From: Leucoraja erinacea
Lineage: Eukaryota
Assembly (NCBI RefSeq): GCF_028641065.1
Contig: NC_073387.1
Span: 22,010,001 to 22,074,000 of the forward strand
Direction: 5' to 3'
DNA: 64,000 bases
Part shown: piece after piece, positions 23,423 through 34,124 of the stretch
Layout: the number at the start of each line of letters is the position of its first letter
How positions within the stretch are numbered: the stretch's first letter is position 1
Notes under the pieces: generated by a model
What the model was told of the DNA's origin: nothing
What the model saw: only the letters and a program-made list of their open reading frames with translations
Databases searched by the model: none
Position numbers and translations under genes: made by a program

Positions 23423-24085
23423 CAGGAGGTGTGGCTGTCGACCCAGGGTCACCCTTGAGGGTGAAGTCCAAGACGTTGGCACCCAAGTTCATCGGTCCCT
23501 TTGAGATCCAGAAGGTCATCAACCCAGCGGCTGTGAGGCTCACGTTGCCTCGTTCCATGCGGGTCCATCCAACGTTCCACGTGTCCAGAGTAAAGCCAGT
23601 CCGGGAGAGCCCCCTGGTCCCCGTAGTCCCTCATCCTCCACCTCCTCATCTCATCGACGGAGGCCCCGCATTTACGGTGCACCACCTCCTGCGCTCCCAC
23701 CGTCGCGGGAGGGGTCTCCAATACCTGGTCGATTGGGAGGATTACGGTCCAGAGGAGAGGTCCTGGGTTCCTGCTCGGCACATTCTGGATGCCTCCCTCA
23801 TCAGGGAGTTTCACCGGCGTCATCCTGACCAGCCGTCCAAGTCCGCCACTCCTAGAGGGGTCGCCGCTCCTGAGACTCGGTCCCCTCTTCCTCTGATGCC
23901 ATGGAGGAGGATGCGGACATGGATGGCTCGGACGAATATTAGCCCTCCTCCGGTCCCCCTCCTCCCACCCACCTCTGCGTGGGATTGGGATTTTCTTTAT
24001 TGTTTTATTTTTGTTTTGGGACGTCAGGAGCCGTCCCTTGAGGGGGGGGGGGCGGGGGAGGGGTGGGGGGGGGGGGGGGGGGTTC
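23423..24085 (+). mobile_element. Ty3/Gypsy (chromovirus-type) GPY/F and chromodomain C-terminus, 3' UTR and polypurine tract
   Basis: [53 protein letters not shown]; G-run PPT at 24040-24082. Confidence 0.92.
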
Positions 24086-24762
24086 TGTCACAGTCTGCCC
24101 TCTCCTTATTCTCATCCACTTCACCTCCCAGTGCTTTTCCACCGGTCCCTCCTTCTCCTCACCTGCCTGCCTGCCACTCCCCTCTCATCAGCCCAACTCT
24201 CCTCACCTGTTGCACTCAGTTGCCTCTGATCACCAATTAACCCGGTATATAGACTCTCCTCACCGTTCACACACAGTGCCAGATTGTTCTCAGCATTCAT
24301 GCAAGACTCTCCAGCGATTTCCCGACTGCCTACCCGGATTCGAACCTGCCTGCCCCTGATCATTCCGTCCTGTCGTCTTCCCGGATATCGCCTCAGCCTT
24401 CTGTCCCCGACCACGGCCTTCATCCCATACCTGGTTTCTGTCTGCCTCTCTCCTGGGCTGTTTGGTGTATCCCTGCAACGGCTCCTCGACTTCCTGCCTG
24501 GCTTCGACTTTCCTTTCGTCTGTCCCTCGCTGGTTTGTTTGCATCGTGTGTTGGATCTCCTGGTTACCAGACTTTCCGCTACCCCGACTACGTCTCTTGC
24601 CTGCCCCTCTTCGGAACCCTCGCTCAATCCTGAGCCTCTGTGTGAGTACGGTGTACCCATTCCTGTGTTGCTACTCTGTGTTACAGTATCGTAATAAAGT
24701 GCATGACCAATTATACCTGCCTGATTCTGTGCTGCTATTGGGTCCAAGCTGTACCCGTTACA
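24086..24762 (+). mobile_element. Gypsy 3' LTR
   Basis: Begins TGTCA just after the PPT and ends TTACA. TATATA at ~24246 and AATAAA at 24693. Confidence 0.8.
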
Positions 24763-24833
24763 TATGTATCCTTTCCATTAATTTGCCCACCACTGACGTC
24801 AAACTAACAGGTCTATAATTGCTAGGTTTACTC
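24763..24833 (-). mobile_element. CR1 RT N-terminal stub (5' end of the disrupted LINE)
   Basis: Translates SKPSNYRPVSLTSVVGKLMERI. Confidence 0.8.
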
Positions 24834-25033
24834 TTATTCCCGGTATCCTGGAGATGCTTCACGTGTTTTGACAGGAATCGGCTCTATTGGCCTTGTTGAT
24901 GGAGCATTGACGATATCCGCTGCTGTCCATCGAACGTTCCTCGTGAATTTGAGCGTATGAATGCACTAGGAAATCAAATGATCGCTTCAAAATATCCCAG
25001 TGATGTTTACACCGCCACCATTCAGCAATGTTT

Positions 25034-25347
25034 AGATTATGATTGATTCGGTCAAGGTGGCACAGAGGCAGAGTTGGTGCCAGAGAACCGGGTTCAATCC
25101 TGACTACGTGTGCTGTCTGCATGGAGTGTGTACATTCTCCCTGTGACCGCGTAGGTTTTCTCCGCTGCTCCGGTTTCCTCCCATATCCCAAAGACTTGCA
25201 GGTTTAAAATCTAATGGCTTCTGTAAAAATTGAACATCCCCCCCCCCCCGTGTGTAGGATAATACCGGTGTACGGGGTGATCGATGGTCGGGTGGGCTCG
25301 CTGGACCGAAGAGCCTGTTTCCACGCTGTACCTCAAGGCTAAAACTA
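25034..25347 (+). mobile_element. tRNA-type SINE; paralogue at ~31734-31990
   Basis: Same family as 15487-15789. Confidence 0.75.
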
Positions 25348-27463
25348 GTCAGAAATGCGTCTTTTATGCACACACGAACCCAGTAGACGAGGAAGTATAT
25401 CGTGGAATGCCGCGATCTGCACGGGTCCTCACACGCACATATTTTATTTCCACACCTCGTCGACCCGTCAGATTGTTCCTTTCCGCTTCTCCATCCCCCC
25501 CTTCTGCCCATTATTCACTTCTACACTACCGTGATCTCCATGATCAATCCCCATCACCCCCCACAATTAATAACACTCACCCACGAACCCTGCTTGCATA
25601 TACTTCTATATTTTATTTCTCACTTTACCTTCGTGTCGGTTTCCATCATCTCATTCTTCTTTTACATCAATTAACTTCCGATTTTGTGACCATCTCCATC
25701 CGCTGTTTTGCATACTCCAGATTCAATTAGGAAGAATGGATCGGTGACACATCTGCGATAGGGAATGTGATTCACATTTTGAAACTTCCATTATAAATCT
25801 TGAAGGTTTGGGCGATTGCGTTGTACAGAGCTGCTCGTTGGTAGCACCGATTTGTCTTGCAAATGTTCTGTATAAAGCTCATTCTCTATCAAGATTCAGA
25901 GCAGGAGTCCATAATCATTTGGAGTTCAGCCTCTGTATACATGTGTCGACGTTGTCTGCACAGTAAACCTCAATGACTGCGGTTGGTGTGACCTAAATGG
26001 GGGGGGATCTATAAATCGGATGTGTACAAAGGGACTTGGGAGTGCTGGTGCAAGATTGTCTAAATGTTAATCTGCAGGTCGACTTGGTAGTAAAGAAATC
26101 AATCGCAATGCTAGCCTTCATTTCGAGAGGGCTAGTATACAAAAACAAGGATGTAATGCTGAGGCTCTATCAGGCGCTGATCAGGCCGTATTTGGAATAT
26201 TGTGAACAATTTTGGACACCATATCTGAGGAAGAATGTTGCTGGCTCTTGTGAGGGTCCAAAGGAGGTTTACAAGAATGATCCCAGGAATGAGAAGGTTA
26301 ACAGATGTTTAAGAAAGCACTGCAGACGCTGGAAAAATAGTAGACAGGTAGACATAAATGCTTAACTCGGCGGGTGAGGCAGCAGCCTTAACATATGATG
26401 AGCGTTTTATGGCACTGGGCCTATATTCGCAGGAGTTTAGAAGAATTAGGGGGGGGACCTTATTGAATCGTGCAGAATAGAGGCTTGGATAGAGTGGATG
26501 TGGACAGTCTAGGTCATAGCCTCAGAATTAAATGACCTACCTTTAGAACGGAGACGAGGAGGATTTTTTTAGTCAGAGGGTGGTGAATCTGTGAATTTTG
26601 TTTGCCACAGAAGGCGGTGGAGTCAACGTCAGTGGATATATTTAAGGCAAAGATAGATAGATTCTTGATTAGTAAGGGTGCCAGAGGTTATGAGGAGAAG
26701 AAGGAGAATGGGGTAAGGATGGAGAGATAGATCAGCCATGATTGAACGGCGGGGTAGTCTTGATGGATCGAATGGCCGAATTCTACACCTATCACTTATG
26801 ATCTTATGGTCTGCCAACCAACACTTCGTTTGCTGGTTTCCACTGCCATCGCCACTTTCATTCACCTCTTTCTACTAATCCTTTGATTCACTTCTTCTAA
26901 TATTCCCCAAGTCCAGTTTCGAGGAAGGGTCACGACCCTAAACGTTATCTGTCCCTATCCATGCACATTCAGTGGCACACCTCCCGCCCGCTCGTTTTCT
27001 TTTGTACAACATTTTAGAATCTGCAATGTCTTATGTTTCTGGTTCATTTTATATTTTAATTTGCGCCATCTACATTTATTATTTAGTTGTATGTGCTGTA
27101 CTTTTCAGCACTCCATATGGAATATGCTGTTGACGAGGTTTTTGATTCTATATTTACTTTAAACAAGTAAATTGATTCAGCATCCTGAATGTAATTGATC
27201 CCACAGCAATGTATATTTGTACGTCGTTCAATGATAGGCAATATGACTTATTTCACAGTTGACAGATTCCCCTCTCAGAAGATGGGAATTTATTTGCTAA
27301 AAATTATATATTTTTAGCCAATACAACAAATGCATTATTTTTTCTTTAAAAGCGCAAAAATGCACAAACTGAATATTTTCTTAAATATCGCACTCGCAAA
27401 TGATTTACATTCCCCGAGATTAAAATGATCCCAAATAATATGCAATTTCTTTATGGTTACGCA

Positions 27464-29845
27464 TCATTCGGCCTGAGACATCGGAGCACCGTATGGCTGT
27501 AGAAAAAGAAAATCACTTTTCGCTGACTCTGGAGACAGGCAGACCGAGTATTGATGCGGTTCCGGCACGCGGACAACCCGGCCTGTCCCAGGATAGCGTA
27601 AAGTTTCCTCCATCGCAGGTCTTCCTTTATACGTATCTTGCGCATCTCCACGATTGTAACAATAACTGGGGGTGTTATACCCTTGGATAATACTTCTATC
27701 CTGTTTACACTTGATCCCAATCAACAGAACGATGATCAGCAGAAAGGCAACGGAAGTGCAACTGAAAATGATGATTAAATAAACATTTGGATCTGAGAAA
27801 TATCCCGGATTTTTCACCAAGGTGCTGCTTTCCGTGATTCCTTCAGTACTGTTCTCCAAAACTCTAATGTTCATTGTAACTGTACTGGACAGGCTTGGCT
27901 GCCCATTGTCCTTCACCAAGATGACCAGAGTGTGTACAGGAACATCTGTCTGCAAAATACGGCGCGCAGTTCTGATTTCACCTGAATTTTTCGTAACGGT
28001 GAACAAAGTGGGATCGGTAGATTTCATCATCTGATAAAAGATCCGAGCATTCTGACCAGAATCTGCATCAGTTGCCATTATCTTGGTGACCAAGTAACCT
28101 TCACCCGCTGACCGGGGCAGAACCTCCTCTGCTGCTGATCCACCTAGTTCTGAAGGTGAAACAATTACCGGCGGGTTGTCATTTTGATCCAGGATGATCA
28201 CATTCACTGTGGCGCTGCTGCTTAGCGGAGGCAACCCAGCGTCACGCGCTTGTACAAGGATCTGGAACTGCTTGAGTTCCTCATAGTCAACGCCACGCAA
28301 CATGTAAATTGTACCATTCATTGAGTTAATAGTCAGGTAAGTGGACACTGGTAGGTTTTGGATGTAATTGTCCAAAAAAGAGTAAGAAATATAGGAATTC
28401 TGCTCCTGATCAGGATCCAGTGCTGTTACTGCGAAAATGGATGCGCCCGGAGCGTTATTCTCCATCACATATACGTTGTAGGATGATTCAGAAAACCGCG
28501 GGGCGTTATCATTTACATCGGTTATTGCAATATGAATGGTTTTATTTGACGACAGTGAAGGCGATCCCAAGTCCCATGCCGAAATTAGTAATTTATACTG
28601 AGAAATCACTTCACGGTCCAACGTTTCACTGGTAACCAATGTATAATGTTTCGATGCTGTTTGGAGTCTAAAGGGAACGTTCTTGGGTAACTCGCAGCGG
28701 ACTTGACCGTTCTCTCCAGAATCACGATCGATAACATCGATGAACGTTATGAATGTTCCTGGTGGAGAATTTTCCGGGATTTTGTTGGAAGTTGATGTCA
28801 CCTTAATCTCGGGTGCGTTATCGTTCACGTCGATTACCTTGATCAGCACGTTAGAATGTCCGGTCATTGAGGGTGAACCGTGGTCCACAGCTTGAACATC
28901 AAGAGAATAGCTGGTTGTTTCTTCAAAATCCAAGGGCCCATCGACTCGAACCTCCCCACTATCTGGATCTAAACTGAATACATTACGCGCTTTTCGCAAA
29001 TCAACATCACTAAACGAATATGTTATCTCAGCATTTAGTCCTTCGTCCAAGTCATTTGCTTTGACCTTCATCACCAAGGTACCATGTGGCGCGTCCTCAC
29101 TTACGCTGACCCGATAGATGTCATTATCAAACACAGGCGCATTATCATTGAAGTCCAAAACAGTAACGATAATCTGAGCAGTCCCTGTTCTCTGAGGAGT
29201 GCCACCGTCTGTCGCAGTAAGCAAGAGCTGAAAAGAAGATTGCTGCTCTCGGTCCAAAAATTTATCTAACAACAACTCTGGTATAAGAACATCGCTCTCG
29301 GTTCTGCGTGTTTTTATACTAAAATACTCGGTGAAACTTATCGTGTAGGCGGCGACGGTATTGATTCCAATGTCGGGATCTTCCGCCCTCTCGAGACGAA
29401 AACGCACACCAGGGGTACTCGCTTCCGATATCTGTAAGGCGATGCTGCCGTCTCCGAAAGTGGGGGAATTATCATTGACATCAAGAATCTCTAATTCCCC
29501 GCGGTACACCTTCAAGGGATTTTCCAGTGTTGTTTTAAAAGACAGAGTACACATTTCCGCTTGTCTACAGATACGTTCCCTATCAATTCTTTCACGAATA
29601 GATAATATTCCATTGTCCAAACTAACCTTCATGTAGCGCCCTCCGCCATCGGAGCTCAGTCGAAATTTGCGAGCTGATAATTGCCGTACATTCAGGCCCA
29701 GATCTTGAGCAATATTCCCAATAAATGCCCCTTGCTCCATTTCCTCTGGAATAGAGTACCGAATTTGCCCGGAAATTAGATCCTGTTCACATATCAGAAG
29801 CATGAATGCAAACACGTTGAAAGGAAACCTCCGTAGGTTCGCCAT
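27464..29845 (-). CDS. Protocadherin variable-type exon V5 (complete, 793 aa)
   Basis: ORF track; signal peptide, six EC repeats, TM, conserved tail. Confidence 0.96.
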   Translation of the reverse strand: MANLRRFPFNVFAFMLLICEQDLISGQIRYSIPEEMEQGAFIGNIAQDLGLNVRQLSARKFRLSSDGGGRYMKVSLDNGILSIRERIDRERICRQAEMCTLSFKTTLENPLKVYRGELEILDVNDNSPTFGDGSIALQISEASTPGVRFRLERAEDPDIGINTVAAYTISFTEYFSIKTRRTESDVLIPELLLDKFLDREQQSSFQLLLTATDGGTPQRTGTAQIIVTVLDFNDNAPVFDNDIYRVSVSEDAPHGTLVMKVKANDLDEGLNAEITYSFSDVDLRKARNVFSLDPDSGEVRVDGPLDFEETTSYSLDVQAVDHGSPSMTGHSNVLIKVIDVNDNAPEIKVTSTSNKIPENSPPGTFITFIDVIDRDSGENGQVRCELPKNVPFRLQTASKHYTLVTSETLDREVISQYKLLISAWDLGSPSLSSNKTIHIAITDVNDNAPRFSESSYNVYVMENNAPGASIFAVTALDPDQEQNSYISYSFLDNYIQNLPVSTYLTINSMNGTIYMLRGVDYEELKQFQILVQARDAGLPPLSSSATVNVIILDQNDNPPVIVSPSELGGSAAEEVLPRSAGEGYLVTKIMATDADSGQNARIFYQMMKSTDPTLFTVTKNSGEIRTARRILQTDVPVHTLVILVKDNGQPSLSSTVTMNIRVLENSTEGITESSTLVKNPGYFSDPNVYLIIIFSCTSVAFLLIIVLLIGIKCKQDRSIIQGYNTPSYCYNRGDAQDTYKGRPAMEETLRYPGTGRVVRVPEPHQYSVCLSPESAKSDFLFLQPYGAPMSQAE

Positions 29846-30050
29846 TGTTCCGCATTCAATTAATATCGAAAACCAGGCCTGTCCTCGATTAATCGGTAAA
29901 AAATGTTCTTTCCACGAAATAGAAACATATATATTCTAATTGCCTAGTCGAAACAGACAGGGGATGTTTCCTCTGTACCTTGATAACACGATAAAACGCA
30001 GAGACTGCCCGCCTTTCTCTTCGGGTCTGCCGTTTTTATTCTGGGATGTA

Positions 30051-30150
30051 GGAGGGGCAATGGATCCATCTGTGGACTCGAGCTTCTCATTGGTAGACAG
30101 CGACACAACCAGTTTTTTTTCTGCAACTGCAGCTACAATTCTTAAAGCTG
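30051..30150 (-). promoter_or_regulatory. V5 promoter (CSE-like)
   Basis: Same motif set as V1-V3. Confidence 0.8.
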
Positions 30151-33100
30151 TACAGAAGTCCTAAATACAGCGCCATGGAACGCTTCAATTTTGTTTTCAG
30201 CACATATCTTCTAAAGTCCTGGTATGTGCGTTTACGGGGCAATTTGACCCGATATGTTAAAACATGTTTCACACAGAGTTTATGAATTTTTATTCTTGAT
30301 TCGTAAATGACTTCTAGCATGATAAATCATGTTATAGATGTAAATCTTCAGTGGTCCTCCATCACCACACTTGCCGTTGACCATGGAATTAATGGTTTCA
30401 GGAACAGTGTGTAATGACTTAAAATAAATTAGTTCGAGATACTAAAAAAGGATGTACAGTTACGAGACTGGGGTAAACGTGTTAAGTAATTGCGTAAAGA
30501 AGGATCCTCGGAAAGACCAAACATTGAAGACTATGTGCGCTTTTGTTCATCCATGGGGAAAGCAAGGTGGAGACTTCAATGGAGTGCTACATTAGTCTAC
30601 ATTACATACTTTAAGATTAATTTGGGAACATCGAAATGGTGAATTGCCTAACGTTTCGTCGACTCTTTTGTTTCGCGATTTGACTTCGTTTACTTTAGTG
30701 TCGAGAAATAACGCCTAAAAAGGCCCTGTGGCTCACCAACACGGCGCTGACCAGCGATCCCCGCACACTTACACTATCCTACCCACACATTGGGGACAAT
30801 GTACAATTTTACCAAGGCAATTTGCCTACAAACCATTACGTCTTTCGAGTATGGAAGAAAACCCGAGCGCCGGAGAAAACCTGCGCAGGTCACGGCAAGT
30901 ACGTACAAACTCTATACAGAGAGCACCCGTAGTGAAGATCGAACTCGGGTCTCTGACGCTGTAAGGCAGCAAGTCTACCGATGCGTCACCGTGCCGCCCT
31001 GTATACTTGCTATATATATATATAAAGGTCCCGGCTAATGTTAACAAATCAAATATTTAATTACTAATATAATTTTCTTTTCTAGGCAGCCGTTGATTTC
31101 TTGGATGGAATTAAGTTCGAAAAGTGAAGAAACGCCAAAGACTGAGCACGACTGCGCAGATATATTCTTCAAATTACTCTGACTGCAGTGAGCCAACTTG
31201 GAATGGAAGCATGCGTTTATCGTGGTCAAATCGAAAGTTAATATTCTTCCAAAGACACCTTACAGTGATCAAAGTGATGTAACATTCTGAAATATATTTT
31301 CGGCTTATTATTTAAGGATGGTCGGAGCTCCTGAGATTGAAATACCCAACAACGTATGTCCTTTAATATGTGATGTTTCAGGTCGGGACCATTCAACAGA
31401 CAATATGAGGAAGAGTCCACACCCGAAACGGCGCCTATCCAATTTCTCTCGGTATTTAGCGTCTTTCCTTGGTAAACCAGCATCCGCATTGCCTTGTTTG
31501 TAACTTCTGTCATTATTCCCTGTATCCTGGAGATGCTTCACGTGTTCTGACAGGAATCTGCTCAATTGGCCTTGTCGGTAGAGCCACTGACGATATCCGC
31601 TGCTGTCCATCGAACATTCCTCGTGAAATTGAACGTATGAATGCACTAGAAATTCAAATGCTCGCTTCAAAATATCCTAGTGTTGTTTACACCGCCACCA
31701 TTCAGCAATGTTTAGATTATGATTGATTCGGTCAAGGTTGCACAGAGGCAGAGTTGGAGCCTAACAGGGAGTGTGTACATTCTCCCTGTGACCGCGTAGG
31801 TTTTCTCCGCCTGCTCCGGTTTCCTCGCGCATCCCAAAGACTTACTGGTTTAAAATTTAAATGGCTTCTGTAAAAAATGAAAAATGTCCCCGTGTGTAGG
31901 ATAGTGCCGGTGTACGGGGTGATCGATGGTCGGTGGGCTCGCTGGTCCGAAGAGCCTGTTTCCACGCTGTATCTCGAAGCTTAAACTAAAGTCAGAAATG
32001 CGACTTTTGCGCACATTCGAACCCAGTACACGATGACGTATATCGTGGAATGCCGCGATCTGCCCGGGTCCTCTCACGCACATATTTTAATTCCACACCC
32101 TGTCGACCCGTCAGATTGTTCCTTTCCGCTTCTACAGCTCCTCCTTCTGCCCATTATCCACGATTACATCCCCTGTGATCTCCATGATCATCCCCCATCA
32201 CCCCCCACTATAAATAACACCCACCCACGAACCCTGCTCGCCTAAACTTCTATATTTTCTTTCTCACTTTACCTTCTTATCGGTTTTCATCATCTCATTC
32301 TTCTTTTTCATCAATTAACTCCCGCCTTTGTGATCATCTCCATCCGCTGTTTTGCAAACTCCAGATTCAATTAGGAAGAGTGGATCAGTGACACCTCTGC
32401 GATAGGGAATGTGATTCACATTTTCAAGCTTCCATTATAAAAACTTGAAAGTTTGGGCGATTGCGTTGTTCAGAGCTGTTCGTTGGTAGCAACGATTTGT
32501 CTTACAAATGTTCTGTATAAAGCGCATTGGCTGTCAAGCTTCAGGGCAGGAGTCCATAATCATTTGGTGCTCAGCCTCTGGATGCATGTGTCGACGTTGT
32601 CTGCACAGTAAACCTCAACGACTGCGGTTGGTGTGACCTAAATCGGGGGAGAATCCATAAATCGGATATGTACAAAGGGACTTGGAAGTGCTGGTGCAGG
32701 ATTGCCTAAAACTTGTTCTGCACATCGAATTGGTAGTAAAGAAAGCAATCGTAATGCTAGCCTTCATATCGAGAGGGCTAGTATACAAAAACAAGGATGT
32801 AATGCTGAGGCTCTATCAGGCGCTGATCAGGCCGTATTTGGAATATTGTGAGCAATTTTGGGCACCATATCTGAGGAAGGATGTTGATGGCTCTTGTAAG
32901 GGCCCAAAGGAGGTTTACAAGAATGATCCCAGGAATGAGTAGGTTAACGGATCTTTAAGAAAGAACTGCAGACGCTGGAAAAATCGAAGGTAGATAAAAA
33001 TGCCGCTCAGTCGGCGAGGTAGCAGCCTTAACATATGATGAGCGTTTTAGAAGAATAAGGGGGTGGGGTTGGGGGGGGGGGGGGGGGCTGGGACCTTATT

Positions 33101-34124
33101 GAAACGTACAGAATAGTGAAAGGCTTGGATTGTGTGGAAGTGGAGAGGATGTTTCCACTAGTGGGAAAGTCTAGGACTGGAGGTCATCGCCTCAGAATTA
33201 TAAGACCTACCTTTAGAACGGAGACGAGGACGAATTTCTTTAATCAGAGGGTGGTGAATCTGTGGATTTTGTTTGCCACAGAAGGCGGTGGAGTCAACGT
33301 CAGTGGATATATTTAAGGCAAAGATAGATAAATACTTGATTAGTAAGGGTGCCAGATGTTATGAGGAGAAGCAGGAGAAAGTTGTAAGGATGGAGAGATA
33401 GATCAGCCATGATTGAATTGGGGGGGGGGGGGGGGGGGTAGACCTGATGGATCGAATCGCCGAATTCTACACCAATCACTTATGATCTTATGCTCTGCCA
33501 ACCAACACTTCGTTTGCTGGTTTCCATTTCCATCGCCACTCTCATTCACCTCTTTCTACTAATCATTTCATTCACCTCTTCATCTAATGTTCCCCTATTC
33601 CAGTTTGGAGGAAGGGCCACGACCCTAAACGTTATCTGTCCCTATCCCTGCACATTCGGTGGCACACCTGACGCGTTTCCAGCCCGCGTTTTAATTTTAA
33701 TTTTATATTTTAATTTGCGCCATCTACATTTATTATTTAGTTATATGCTCTGTACTTTTCAGCACTCCATATGGAATATGCTGTTGACGAAGTTTTTGAT
33801 TCTTTATTTACGTTAAACAAGTAAATGGATTCAGCATCCTGAATGTAATTGATCCCACAGCAATGTATATTTGTACGTCGTTCAATGATAGGCAATACGA
33901 CTTATTTCACGGTTGACAGATTCTGCTCTCAGAAGATGGGAATTTATTTGCTAAAAGGTATATATTTTTAACCATTACAACAAATGCAAAATTTAAACAA
34001 AAGCGCAAAAATGCGCAAAAATGCACAAACTGAATATTTTCTTAAATATCTCACTCACAAATGATTCACATGCCCCTAGATTAAAATGATCCCAAATCAT
34101 ATGCAACTTCTTTAAGGTTACGCA

